Shown: piece after piece, positions 26,564-40,378 of the stretch
How positions within the stretch are numbered: the first letter of the stretch is position 1
How the letters are laid out: each line of letters starts with the position of its first letter
Assembly: GCA_051294375.1 (NCBI GenBank)
Contig: CM119268.1
Location: forward strand, 22,035,033 to 22,099,032
Direction of reading: 5' to 3'
From: Paraspadella gotoi
Lineage: Eukaryota; Animalia; Chaetognatha
Length of the DNA: 64,000 bases
The notes under the pieces: generated by a model
What the model was told of the DNA's origin: nothing
Seen by the model: the letters and a program-made list of their open reading frames with translations, nothing else
Database searches by the model: none
Program-made: the position numbers and the translations under genes

Positions 26564-29500
26564 TGTATAAAATTGATACAATTGATATCAACATTCCTCG
26601 ACGCCATGCTTCACAATCGTCATGCCAATCATCTTTCCATGCCTTTTCTCTCATGCGGATAACGCCGGTCGATGGCCTTACACGGTGAGTTATTCTTTTT
26701 GTTCTCCTTTTTTAATATTCGCAAACTTTTCTTCCTCCCTTCGTTCATCTTCTTCCTTCCTTTCTCTCCTCTCAATTTCCCTGTACTCTCTCCTGCTTCT
26801 TCCTCTCTCTCCATTCTTTCTCCGGGCAACATTCCTCCCGGCTGACTCTCGCATCTCACCGTCCCTCTCCAACTTCCTTGCTCATCCATGTCCTCCCCTG
26901 CCGGCTCCATAGGCAGTAAGTATATATCTCAGGAGAGTTAATCGCTCGTTGGCTATTTTGTCAAGTGGTGATTAGAAAAAGTTCTTTATAGTCACTCTCT
27001 GGGCCAGGGCTGAACAAGAGTGCAGGCGGGGCAGGGCTAATTAGAAATTGAAAAACATTTCGCCTTCAACATTTGATAATCTTTGCTGCAAGTAAACGCT
27101 AAATTCCGTAAATTATTTTTTAAAATTTAAATTAACGTTTTTGGCTTCAATGGAAGGGTTGACGATCTTATCTATGGAGAGTTTTGTAAGATTGCTCTTA
27201 GGGATAAAGAAATAATAGAAATATACTTGTCGGACCGGCCGACTGGCCGTTCCGAGTACTCATCGACGTGGGGGTTTGGAGGTATTAACTTTCAACGACA
27301 GCTCAAACAAACTATTTGGGCTTGAAGTTAATGAAAAGTTTTTTCGATGAAGATTAAGAATGTTAAGTGAACGTGGTAATATCGAGTCTTTGGTTTATCA
27401 CTAAATAAAGAATTTATTTAATTTATTAATAAGTATAAAAGAGCCCCAAGAAAGGTCCGTCTATTGAAACTGTTTAATGGCTTGTTGAAGGTGGGGCCCG
27501 TGATTACATATAGTAAAATTTTGCATACTGTTTTTAACTAAATTTATTAAAAGGCACGCGCTGAAGTTTAATCTAAAAAGGTTTTTTAGTAATCTCTTAA
27601 GTAAGACTGAGTCAATCTGGTGCATATATTAGTTAAATAAATAATCCGCCGTTACCTGCAATTCCGTCACGATCCGTCCCGTTCAAATATGGACAATAAT
27701 CTTTGAACAGTGGCAAGGGGGACGAGATGAAGGGAATGAAAGCGGAAACTGATCTTATTGTCAAGAACGTCCTGATTGTTTTTGTCTTCGCAGTTAGAAC
27801 CCAATCCTGTTGGGCACGCATCGGCCCTCGACGCTAGCATCAGACGAGTTGAGAGCTCCGTCAGGAGGTAAGCAATTAAATCATTGAAATTAAATGGGTT
27901 ATCTTGATTCATTTTTAGCGAATTTAACTAAAGGTATTACATTAAGTTATTATGCTTTAGAGTCGTTCGTTCTGCTAATCAGCTCGGAGAAATTATCCTC
28001 CGTTAATGCACGTTCGATGATGATGATGATGATACCGCCTAAAGCGTGGTTTGTAAAAATATTCCCGTTTGATCACTTAAAACACGAAAACGCCAGCAAG
28101 CTTATTGGGTTCTGGCTCCTCGCTAACTTGAAATGTGAGTCCGTTTGGGCCGCAACCATCCTTACATGGTCATGCCAAGTTACGAGGAACCCCTGTATTT
28201 CGAATTCCATCGCTTATGGGACTAAGGGCGCAAAACCTGGGCATCGAACTCTCAGAGGTATAACCATCGCCGGTAACGTGCCAGCCTGCCAAAGAAGGCG
28301 GTGATTCAATATAAAAAATGCTTGCAAGCTCTGCTTGGCCATAGTTAAGCAGAGGAAACCGCTTAAATTCAGGACAATAAACATTTGACTTCAAATGGTG
28401 TTTCGTTTATTTAGTAAATTAGATTGTACCATTGTCACATTGAATAATCGGATATTTCATGCTAGTTGTTGTTTTACGATGGTTGGCGTCTCCAACAAGC
28501 GTTTTTTTTTCTTTTCTCTGTTATTGTTAAATTTTGGGATATAAACTAATGACGGTCCGTTGCCGTTTTCATTACGATTAGCACAGTGGGAAGTTGAGCT
28601 TCGCTAGCGGACATTGCGGTCAAAAGCGGGAAACCCAAATGAAGAAAATCGCGAAGAATGGACAATTGAGAAGATATTAAAGGCCAAGATTGTTTTGCAG
28701 AAGCTGTAAAAAATGGCTGCAGGAAGCTGGCACCCATTTGCTAGAGTCCTTAAATGATTTGGCGCTTGAGGAATGTTGACGAGGATGTGCACAGCGTTTA
28801 GAGACAATCCTGCGGGAATAGGAAATCAAAACGGGCGCATCAAGCCAACTTTGAAAAAAAAAAAAAAAACCCCCAAATTGCCCATTAGGGGCTGGTACAA
28901 ATTGAAGGGGCCAGGGAAAGTTTGCTTTCTGCCGTAACTCCCTTAGGAGCAAGTCGCCAGACGACGGCAATTGACGCGGTCGGAAGAGATTGACTCACGA
29001 GGCATCAAAAGATAAATCCAATTTCCGGCGAACGATGCGATCCACACGACGAAAGACTCCAGTTTTGGGCTTCTGGGAATCGTGTAGTTAAGAAAATTGA
29101 ATCTGGAGAAAGCGTTATTAGAGCGAGATGGTGGACTTAAACAAAGACTCGCGACGAAATGATGTAATTAAACTCTCTACATAATGGTTTTTATTTTAAG
29201 AAAAAGGGCTCTTTAATATATTTCTTGTTGATTGTTTACGCATCTCATTTTTTATGAATTTAAATGTTAATTTAAAAATAGTTTTAAGGTCATTTTTTTT
29301 TCATTAATAAGGCTCGAAGGGGTGCAAACTGATAATTTAAAATAAACGTTTTTGGCCGAACGCGCGCAATTACTTGCTAACAATATTACAGTGAACTGTT
29401 TCTAAAGATTAACTCTGAGCGGCACATTTGGATTTGGGTGTTACGGCATGAGCGTAGTTATCCGCAGCCGGTGACATACTTTTTGGAGTTGATCACAGAA

Positions 29501-31898
29501 GACTAGCGACTTAATGTTGACCAGGACGAGCTTCATCTGGCCGGACAAACAAATCCTCTCACTGGAGTCCGGAGATGATCCCGGTCGCCACGAGAGGTGA
29601 TTCAAGAATCGCTTTGCCTGCAAGCAAGGCCTTTCGCCGATGCAATTTTGAAATTTTTGTTAATGGTCGAAGACGATGCCGGCCAGCAACCGGAAGGGCG
29701 GGCTGAAGATTTAACTGAACCAAAATTGGTCTATGGTATGGGAGATGATCGCCTCTTCGGCCCCGTCTTTTCGTCTGTTCACGGCCTATGAAAGAAGACA
29801 AACAGATGTAGTCGTAAACATTCGAAACGCGTGCGTGGGAACGGATTTGCAAAATGAGCCGTGGGTGGAGCACACCAGCAGTTCTGGGAGTTTTATTTGG
29901 TCTTATAAACTCTGGAGAAAGCCTGATGTACTTTATAAACTCGCATCGTGCGCGTTTTTTTCTTGGGAGGGCAGTCCACTGTCCGCTTACGATGGCATCG
30001 CGGTCGGGCCCCTCAAATTTCGTTGCTGGAGCAGAGTGGACGGACGCCGAGGAAAGTCTCTAAAATTCTGTTTTCACGGAGCCAAGACTTCTCATATCAA
30101 NNNNNNNNNNNNNNNNNNNNNNNNNTCTCTCCCTCCCTCATTTCCCTGTACTCTCTCCTCTTCTTCCCTCTCTCTCCCTTCTTTCTCCCCAACATTCCTC
30201 CCCTCCTCTCCTTCTCCCTCCCTCTCCAACTTCCTTGCTCAAATCCTGTCTCCCTCCGGCTCCAGGCAGTAGTAATATCTCAGGAGAGTTAATCGCTCGT
30301 TGGCTATTTTGTCAAGTGGTGATTAGAAAAAGTTCTTTATAGTCACTCTCTGGGCCAGGGCTGAACAAGAGTGCAGGCGGGGCAGGGCTAATTAGAAATT
30401 GAAAAACATTTCGCCTTCAACATTTGATAATCTTTGCTGCAAGTAAACGCTAAATTCCGTAAATTATTTTTTAAAATTTAAATTAACGTTTTTGGCTTCA
30501 ATGGAAGGGTTGACGATCTTATCTATGGAGAGTTTTGTAAGATTGCTCTTAGGGATAAAGAAATAATAGAAATATACTTGTCGGACCGGCCGACTGGCCG
30601 TTCCGAGTACTCATCGACGTGGGGGTTTGGAGGTATTAACTTTCAACGACAGCTCAAACAAACTATTTGGGCTTGAAGTTAATGAAAAGTTTTTTCGATG
30701 AAGATTAAGAATGTTAAGTGAACGTGGTAATATCGAGTCTTTGGTTTATCACTAAATAAAGAATTTATTTAATTTATTAATAAGTATAAAAGAGCCCCAA
30801 GAAAGGTCCGTCTATTGAAACTGTTTAATGGCTTGTTGAAGGTGGGGCCCGTGATTACATATAGTAAAATTTTGCATACTGTTTTTAACTAAATTTATTA
30901 AAAGGCACGCGCTGAAGTTTAATCTAAAAAGGTTTTTTAGTAATCTCTTAAGTAAGACTGAGTCAATCTGGTGCATATATTAGTTAAATAAATAATCCGC
31001 CGTTACCTGCAATTCCGTCACGATCCGTCCCGTTCAAATATGGACAATAATCTTTGAACAGTGGCAAGGGGGACGAGATGAAGGGAATGAAAGCGGAAAC
31101 TGATCTTATTGTCAAGAACGTCCTGATTGTTTTTGTCTTCGCAGTTAGAACCCAATCCTGTTGGGCACGCATCGGCCCTCGACGCTAGCATCAGACGAGT
31201 TGAGAGCTCCGTCAGGAGGTAAGCAATTAAATCATTGAAATTAAATGGGTTATCTTGATTCATTTTTAGCGAATTTAACTAAAGGTATTACATTAAGTTA
31301 TTATGCTTTAGAGTCGTTCGTTCTGCTAATCAGCTCGGAGAAATTATCCTCCGTTAATGCACGTTCGATGATGATGATGATGATACCGCCTAAAGCGTGG
31401 TTTGTAAAAATATTCCCGTTTGATCACTTAAAACACGAAAACGCCAGCAAGCTTATTGGGTTCTGGCTCCTCGCTAACTTGAAATGTGAGTCCGTTTGGG
31501 CCGCAACCATCCTTACATGGTCATGCCAAGTTACGAGGAACCCCTGTATTTCGAATTCCATCGCTTATGGGACTAAGGGCGCAAAACCTGGGCATCGAAC
31601 TCTCAGAGGTATAACCATCGCCGGTAACGTGCCAGCCTGCCAAAGAAGGCGGTGATTCAATATAAAAAATGCTTGCAAGCTCTGCTTGGCCATAGTTAAG
31701 CAGAGGAAACCGCTTAAATTCAGGACAATAAACATTTGACTTCAAATGGTGTTTCGTTTATTTAGTAAATTAGATTGTACCATTGTCACATTGAATAATC
31801 GGATATTTCATGCTAGTTGTTGTTTTACGATGGTTGGCGTCTCCAACAAGCGTTTTTTTTTCTTTTCTCTGTTATTGTTAAATTTTGGGATATAAACT

Positions 31899-32431
31899 AA
31901 TGACGGTCCGTTGCCGTTTTCATTACGATTAGCACAGTGGGAAGTTGAGCTCGCTACGGACATTGCGGTCAAAGCGGGAACCCAAATGAAAATCGCGAGA
32001 ATGGACAATGAGAAGATATTAGCCAAGATTGGTTTTGCAGAAGCTGTAAAAATGCTGCAGGAAGCTGGCACCATTGCAAGTCCTTTAATGATGTTGCGCT
32101 TGAGGATGTTGACGAGGATGTCCAGCGTTTAGAGACAATCCTGCGGGAAAGGATCAAAACGGGCCATCAAGCACTTGACAATGCATTAGGCTGGTACAAA
32201 TTGAAGCCAGGGGAAAGTTGCTTTCTGCCGTAACTCCTTAGGAGCAAGTCGCCACGACGACGGCAATTGACCGGTCGGAGAGATTGACTCACGAGGCATC
32301 AAAGATAATCATTTCGGCGACGATCGATCCACACGACGAAAGACTTCCAGTTTTGGGCTTCTGGGAATCGTGTAGTTAAGAAATTGAATCTGGAGAAAGC
32401 GTTATTAGACGAGATGGTCGACTTAAACAAA
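31899..32431 (+). pseudogene. Element ORF2 (unknown helical protein; also 24465-24632, ~28550-29160, ~41720-41900, ~45125-45680, and inverted at ~33500-33935)
   Basis: W(E/K)VELATDIAVKAGTQMKIARM(DN/ED)EKILAKIGFAE(A/T)VKML(Q/E)EAGT...RLETILRERIKT...NRVVKKLNLEKALLDEMVDLNK. Substitutions between the two variants are synonymous or conservative in this frame. Confidence 0.55.
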
Positions 32432-34989
32432 NNNNNNNNNNNNNNNNNNNNNNNNNCTTTTAATTTCCATTTATGGCTTCGTGCCTCACCGCTTCCTTTT
32501 TCAACTTTTCCAATCTTCTCCTCCAATTCTTTCCAAGAGATATCATCAAAAGGGTTTGGCAAGGCAGAAGACTGTTCTGACTTCTCGAGAGTGGAGGCCT
32601 TTCTGGAGACTGGCCCACACGTATTGAACCTCTGTTGAATAATTTGAATGAGAAGTCTTGGCTCCGTGAACAGAATTTAGAGACTTTCTCGGCGTCCGTC
32701 ACTCTGTCCAGCAACGAAATTTGAGGGCCCGACCGGATGCATCGTAAGGGACAGTGAACTGCTCCCAAAGAAAAAACGCGACGAGCGAGTTTATAAAGTA
32801 CATCAGGCCTTTCTCCAGAGTTTTATAAGACCAATAAACTGCCAGAACTGCTGGTGTGTCACCCACGGCGCATTGCAATCCGTTCCCACGCGCGTCGAAT
32901 GTTACGATACATCTGTTGTTTCTCTGGTGAACAGACGAAAGACGGGGCGAAGAGGCGATCATCTCCCATACCATAGACAATTGGTTCAGTTAAATCTTCA
33001 GCCGCCCGTTCGGTGGGGCCGGCATCGTCTTTCGACGCATTAACATTCCAAAAATTGATCGGCGAAGGCCTTGTTGCAGGCAAGGATTCTTGAATCACCT
33101 CTCGTGGACCGGGATCGATCTCGGACTCCGTGAGAGTTTGTTGTCCGGCCAGATGAGCTCGTCCTGGTCAAACATTAGTCGCTAGTTCTTCTGTGATCAC
33201 TCCAAAAAGTATGTCACCGGCTGGGAGTAATACGCTCATGGTAAACAAATCAAATGTGCCGCTCAGAGTTAATCTTTAGAAAAGTTCACTGTAATATTGT
33301 TTAGAAGTAATTGCCGCGCGTTTCGGCAAGAACTGTTTATTTAAATTATCAGTTTGCCCTTCGGGCCTTATTAATGAAAAATGACCTAAAACTATTTTTA
33401 AAATTAACATTTAAATTCATAAAAATGAGATGTAAACAATCAACAAGAAATATATTAAAGAGTTTTTCTTAATAAAACATTAGTAGAGAGTTTAAATTAT
33501 CATTCGTCGGCGATCTTTTGTTTAAGTCGACCATCTCGTCTAATAACGCTTTCTCAGATTCAATTTCTTAACTACACGATTCCCAGAAGCCCAAAAACTG
33601 GAAGTCTTTCTTCGTGTGGATCGATCGTCGCCGAATGAAATTTTTTGATGCCTCGTGAGTCAATCTCTCCGACGGTCAATTGCCGTCGTCGTGGCGACTT
33701 GCTCCTAAGGAGTTACGGCAGAAAGCAACTTTCCCCTGGCTTCAATTTGTACCAGCCTATGCATTGCAAGTGTCAAGTGCTTGATGGCCGTTTTGATCCT
33801 TTCCCGCAGGATTGTCTCTAAACGTGTGACATCCTCGTAACAATCCCTCAAGCGCAACATATTAAAGGACTTGCAATGGTGCCAGTCTCCTGCAGCATTT
33901 TTGCAGCTTCTGCAAACCAATCTTGGGCTATATCCTTCTAAAGAAACGCTAAGATTGAAAAGAATTACAATGAAGAAATTCAACGTCAACTGGAGGCTGA
34001 AATGAAAATAGAGGTTATAAGAAAAGATGCTGACCAAAAAATTGACAAATTACAAAGACTCTGGAGTCAAAGCTTCAGTAAAGAAAAGACCCGGGCGGAC
34101 GACACAGTTTTTGCTTGAAAAGGAGAGGAAACAAGTCCATCTTCTCAAAGATGAATTAGAAAAGAATAAAATTATTCAAAGATCTCGTTCACCATTGCAT
34201 CGTTCATCAATTTTGAATCAACGAGAATCGCTTTTGGTTGGTCTCAGTTTTGGGGAACAACCGTGTCCTGCCTCGTGACGGAATTTTCCAGATTCGCGAC
34301 CTCTTCGTTCACTCCAGTTGGTTCCCTTTCATTGCCGCCGCCAGGTCCAGGAACATTGAAATTCATAGCCAAAGTTGGGACCGCCTCAGCCGGCCGCTTG
34401 AGGGAGTCTACTCCTTCTCACGGGGTTACACCTCCTCCCTCCACTTCTCCTCTTTTTCTCCCAAAGGCATCTGTCTAAATTTCGTAATCGTAAAGGCGAA
34501 AGTGAAATTATTACAAAACATTTACTTTTGAAAAGTAATATTAATCTTATAGCGTCGTTTTTTAAACACAAGACACTCAATATCTAAAGTTAGACCAACC
34601 TTAGTTAATAATTTTTTGAGAATCGCCAGTAAACATTGCTAATAAGATTTAGTTTGATTGTTATGATTTGAAGCAATGATATTGTTGCGAAAATTTGAAA
34701 TTTTTTTTTTCTTTTTTTTGTTTAGGCGCGAAACGGCTGATAGGTCGTAGAAACGAGAATTTTAAACAATTTTTTATGGCATTGAATTACTCTTTTGATG
34801 GATTCGTTGGAGCCTTGTTCGATGCTCTCTCTTTCGCTCCGCTCTCTTCTCTCTTTCTCTCTCAAAAACTGAATTTTTTTGCGGAACGGGTTTTTTATTT
34901 AGTAAACGGCTAGACAGATGACTATAATACATAAATTAATTTTTCAAATCTTGATAAGAAACATAGTTTCTTAAATATTTATTTTTGTG

Positions 34990-36312
34990 ATACTTGCGTA
35001 TGATTCACGAACCCATCGGATATGAGGTTAATATATTTGAATAGTGAAAGTTAAAACTTTTGGTACTATCTGAAACAAAACTGAAACCTTCATAATAAGG
35101 TTATATTGAGCGAAATTTATAAAAATTTCGGAATTGAAAGTTGTTATAACTTAGTTTCGTTTGACTGCAGTCCTTATTGACCACAGAAGATAGGTGGTAA
35201 AATTATTACGTTGAACCGACACGTTTTCTGATCTCGGTGACGACTGGATAATAATTTCATCTGCGATTATTACATTTATTATTAAAGATTGTGTCCCGGG
35301 TAACAACACGGTCAGTCATTTAAATTGTTTGACACCTGGTTAGTGTTTTAATAAAGATAAGAGAATTAAGAAAATTAAAATTAAATTATTGATTTCTTTC
35401 TATTATCTTTACGACAAGCGAAGTAAATTAGTAGTTTCTTGTTGGATGCTTTAATTTGGCGAGTTAAGTTGGTAGTTCTTAATTTTTTTTAAGACATACG
35501 CAGTTTGAGATAATGTAAATAATGATTGAAATTGCGATGCCTTTACAAATATTAGTAAAGCTTACGATATCAATTTATACGTAATGTTGATATTAGTATT
35601 GATTAGCTAATAGAATAGATTTAATCCTGTTGTTTGGATTATTATTCACTAGTCAAAATTCGATAATGAATTATTTATTACAATTTAAGAAAACATTAAG
35701 TTTGTTTAGAATGACAATTTATAAGAATAAGGATTGATTAAAAATTACTTCATGATGTTCGTAAGTGAGCTTGAGTGTCCCTCTGAAACGGGGGGAGAGC
35801 TTAGTTGAGTTTAGAAAGCTATATAATTCAAACCCATCCCAGATAGTTGAAGTTAAAAGATCATTCATCTTCAGTCTCATTCAAGCACATAATTGAGTAT
35901 TTCAGCAGCCGAGCAAAGTCAAGCCGGCGTCTGGCGGACAGCGAGCAAGTTCAGGAATCAGTCAGCACACTCGGCCAGGAGGTTCTGGGCAGACGGAGAA
36001 GTTTGCTGGCCCACCCTTTTGGCTTACTTGACTGGGAGATTCTGCCGGGAGAGTTTCAGCGCACTAAGGGGAATAGGAGGTTCGATCGAGACCGGTGGTC
36101 TCAAGAGAAAAATTAAAATGGAAAGCAATTTAAGGGAGATTGGAGTGGAATTGGGGAAAACTGGCAGGCAGTTTCGGTTGGGTTCTGGCGATTGTTGCTG
36201 ATCAAACTCTTTGAGGGCTTGTGAAGATGAAATGAATATCTGAAATGGTTGGCACTTGAATGTCGAGTGGCTCGCTTCCTTTCAACTGTGGTTACCACAA
36301 GGTAACCGGGAG
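34990..36312 (+). pseudogene. Element ORF4 region (unknown, running to the PPT and 3' LTR; partial second copy at ~41905-42645)
   Basis: Coding-like fragments VWRTASKFR...RRFWADGEVCWPTLLAYLTGRF...LRGIGGSIETGGLKRKIKMESNLREIGVELGK...GLVKMNEYLKWLALECRVARF. Sequence is very noisy and boundaries are approximate. Confidence 0.35.
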
Positions 36313-37739
36313 TGTTTTTACGCGCGAGGCCCTCGGCTTCCAGGCGTAATATCTCAGGAGAGTTAATCTCGTTGCTATTTTGTCAACAGTGGTGATAGAA
36401 AAAGTTCTTTAGTCACTCCTGAGATACTAGCGCCTGGAGAGGACCTTTGTGGACTTTTTAGAAGAATTTTAGCCATTTTGTAAAGAACAGAAGCCGGAGC
36501 AGAAACGTTAGTATTAAGTGAAATGAATATACGGTTTTAATGTTTGTTATCTTTACCTTTTTTGATCAACTCTAGACATTATCAAAACGCTTTGTGATCA
36601 ATTGCGATACTTTAATATAAGGCTTTGCCTTTGGTTTAATGATCCTGTTCATAATCAATCTGCCAGGGCTACAAGAGCAAGCGCAGGGCTAATAGAATTG
36701 AAACATTTCCTTAACAAACTGGCCATAATAGACCGCTCCGATGACGCGGGCACCGCAGACCAGGCTCGACAGGCATTTTCGCCGCCTCCAGGCTGACCGC
36801 GAGATCAACGGGCGGACGTGAAATAATTCCCCTACCACGCGCCCGCTGGAGGCGGCGCGATGGACCACGCAGAGGTCGGCCCTGATAAAAGGCGCGCCCA
36901 CCGATCGATGGAACTGGAATAGATAACGAGAGGACTGATTTTTAATACAAAAACCCCGCTTCCCCCCCAACAAGCGGAACTAAACGAGGTACTTCAGCGG
37001 CCAGGCGAGGAGCCGCGACAAAAGGAGCGGAAATAGAGGATACGTGAGCAAACCGGAGGAGGAGGCGAGTAGCGGCCGCCCCGGACGGCGCCACCGCGCT
37101 GTGAAAAGCGCTGGCTCGCCGTCATCCGGGATCCGCCCAAGTAGTTCCCCCATCAGCAAATGTAGCTGAGGGTGGAGGCAATCGGGGCGAATTGAACGGC
37201 CAATCACGCGCACTACGCGGAAATATCTCGTCCAGTACGTAGGACGCCGGGAATGGAAATAAACGTCGAAGATGAAAGATCTTTGCGCCATTTTCTGAAA
37301 CGAGTTTTTCTTTTAAAAGCGAATAAAAAAGGAGGTCTTGCAGTGGAGCTGGCAACGACGTGGTTTGTGAAAGTTCCCTCCGGAGACTTTTCGAAACTTT
37401 TCTGAGAATAACGAGAGAAGGAAAGGAAGAGGAAAACCGATCGGCGAGGACCCGAGGAACTGCGCCCGGAGGGGAGAGGAACAAAAGTCAGCCGCCGAGT
37501 GAGAAATATTTACCGCCGAAAGAGGATGAAATATACCGCTGGATAATATGAAGAGGAGGGCGCAACGCATTGGACAATCCCATATGCCTAGAAGTAACTT
37601 TTACTGGACGGATGATTGATAGTCGAAGGATAAAATACATACGTATAGGGCTGTCATAGAAAAGAGTGCCGAGCGCGGGGCACCTGGACCGAGAATATAA
37701 ATTTGTATAACATGAGCGAGAAAGGATTACAGCCCACCG

Positions 37740-38065
37740 CCGTTGCTATGGGGGACGAGAACGAAAAACATTGTTAACGTCTAAAACATGAAACGAATAA
37801 GTAGGTCACCGTTGCTAGGAGATAATCGAGCGCGCCCGACGGTGGACTGACGCGCGGATCAAGCACAAAAGGGCGGAAACATAAAAAAAATCGCCGTCGT
37901 TGCCTTACGAGACCAAAAAACGGTTGTAACGTCTAAAACATGAAACGAATAAGCACGTACCGTTTTGCTAGGGATAACAAGCGGGTCCAGGATTGACAGA
38001 CGCACGAATAAAAAAAAGAGCGGGAAACATGATTAAAAATCGTCGCCGTTGCTAAGAGAAACTAA
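37740..38065. repeat. Two ~150-bp tandem units with repeated CGTTGCTA(T/G/A)G motifs
   Basis: taacgtctaaaacatgaaacgaataag at ~37775 and ~37927; GTTGCTATGG, GTTGCTAGG, TTGCTAGGGATAAC and GTTGCTAAGAGAAAC half or whole X-box-like sites. Confidence 0.7.
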
Positions 38066-38216
38066 TAAAATGTCATTTGAAGCTAATGAAGCCTTCCTTT
38101 CGATCGAATTTTTTACGATTTTGCATTGTTCACATTATGCATTGTTTTCACGATTTCCATTGATGTTGCCCATGCCGTTTGCCATACATCGGTCTTCTAT
38201 CTCCCCCCCCTTGCAG

Positions 38217-39175
38217 ATTCGAAGAAAACCCACCAAAACATAGAAGGGAAGCCAATAGGACCTCCCACCACACATCAGCCTCACCCCGAGTAAAGAAAAT
38301 GGATTCGTAATGAGCCTGCCTTGGCCCACTCGCCTTCTCGCCATGCTGGAGCCAACGCCCGTTGCTCCAGAGACTTGATCGCTAAAGATTGCAACGACCC
38401 AAGGACGAGTTTCTCAGCTAGCAACGGTACACCACTCATCGGCTCCAAGCACCTCCGAACCAGACCCCATATCAGCTGTGGGACTTGGAGAGTCTCCACA
38501 CCCACTCATGGTAATAGGTCTACGCCATATGGCATAAATACAAGGAACTTCAGCTCCACGAACGAGATAGCAGCTCGTCGTAGAAGACGAGGTGGTGATC
38601 ATCAAAGTCCACGTGACCCCAGTATACCCCGTCAGGGCGGAAGACGACGACGACTGCTACGAGCAACGGATCGTCAGCTGGCCTCAGGCGAAGAAAAGTT
38701 CCGCGACATCAACACGAACGGGTATCCTCACACCCTACGGCAGACGGTGGGCTGCGACGCCAACTGGAAATCTGGCGACAAAGAACGTTGACCGAGAAGG
38801 CGGCGACAAACCTGGAGAAAACGCCCTACTGCGCAGATGACCGCAAGGCGCTCGCCGAAGGCCTTTTCAAAGGAGAACTTCACGCAATGTACGAGACTAT
38901 TCACCCGGAGACAGTCCCTCTCAACGAACTACGAGATGAGGAGACCGAGAGTGAACAACGTCTTTCGCGGGAAGGCCCCACAAAAATAGGTTGATCTGGC
39001 CACAGCTAACCATCGTTACCTGCTTCCTACGTCGTCCTGGCCATCACCGATCGTTTCCCTAGCGTCTTCGAGAGGAATCCCCCGATCAAATGTTTGGCAC
39101 TGGTATTCTCCCTCTGCAACCATTTTTGTGGCTAACGAAGTCTTCAAGGAATCAAAGCTGGGCGCGAACAGACCT
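38217..39175 (+). pseudogene. Frameshifted coding-like exon of unknown product, truncated by a gap
   Basis: Acceptor ctcccccccttgcag; overlapping frames read EDEVVIIKVHVTPVYPVRAEDDDDCYEQRIVSWP...TEKAATNLEKTPYCADDRKALAEGLFKGELHAMYETIHPETVPLNELRDE...YVVLAITDRFPSVFERNPPIKCLALVFSLCNHFVANEVFKESK. Confidence 0.45.
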
Positions 39176-39200
39176 NNNNNNNNNNNNNNNNNNNNNNNNN

Positions 39201-39819
39201 AATTCATATTCTGAGAGCTTTTCTTTTAAAGAAATTGTCTGATCAAAACAATTTTTCTTAATATATAAAAATATATTTTCAGATTGAGTGTTAATTGAAA
39301 AAGAAAATGAGTTGTCAAATGTATGAAGATCAATTTGGGGCACATTTTTAGTCGGATCATGCAATATTTTTAGATAGACCCAAGTAAAAGAGTAATTGAA
39401 TACTAGCCCGATTTAAAAACTTGTATAACTTCTCTAGCCGATTGTTTTCCTTTTTTTTCGAAGCTTTAGATTTTATCTCGTAGATTAACTTTAAGATTTA
39501 ACTCGTTTCAGTATTTTGGGAAAGGAATTTAGAAAATGAATCTTCGAGAGAATAAATCATGAGGAAGAAGAAATAAAAGAAAAAAAAATAGAAAAAGAAA
39601 AGAAAGAAAAGAAAGAAAAGTAATGTTATAAAATAGAAGGAAATTGCTATTTCGACTTTAAAACTTGATTCATTTTTCAATCGATCGTATGAAATTAAAA
39701 AATTTATAGAAATTGATTATTAAATAGATAAATAATAAATATACGGGGCGATTATGGACTAAAATAACCTCTAATTCTTGTTTTTTTTCTCTGATAATTA
39801 TATGTACTATTCCCTGTAT
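39201..39819. repeat. Noisy second copy of the 5' flank 22350-22953
   Basis: Collinear match that begins right after a 25-N gap and ends at the same TGTAT|TGTT junction. Confidence 0.9.
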
Positions 39820-40312
39820 TGTTGTTACGTTAGTGTTCAGCGAGCGCGGCTCCAGGCAGTAGTTAAGTATCTCAGAGAGTTATCTCGTTGCTTATTTTGT
39901 GTCAACAGTGTTGATAGAATAATGTTTTTAGTCACTCTCTGGGCCAGGGCTACAAGAAGCTGAAGGCGCCATAGGGCTAAATAGAAATTGGAAAAACTAT
40001 GTTCCCTCAAACTTTGAATAATCCTTTGTGCTCAATAACCGCTAAAATGGGGTCCACGGTAATTTTTAATTAATTACGTTTTCTTCAAATGGAGTGTTGA
40101 CGATCTTATCTATTGAAGAGTTGTAGATGCTCTTAGGGATAATGAAATAATATGAAATATATCTTGTCCGGTCTGCGCTGGCCGTCGGTAGCTCGTGGAC
40201 GGTGGGTTTGGAGGATTAACTTTCACGACCTCAGAAACGACCCTATTTGGGCTTGAGTTATGAAAGTTTTCGAATGAAGATAAGAATGTTAGGTGAACGT
40301 GGTATCGAGTCT

Positions 40313-40378
<66 letters not shown>

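Noticed and set aside
34725-34755. AKRLIGRR, identical to an Hsp70 motif
   Set aside because: Only 8 residues match; the flanking sequence is unlike Hsp70
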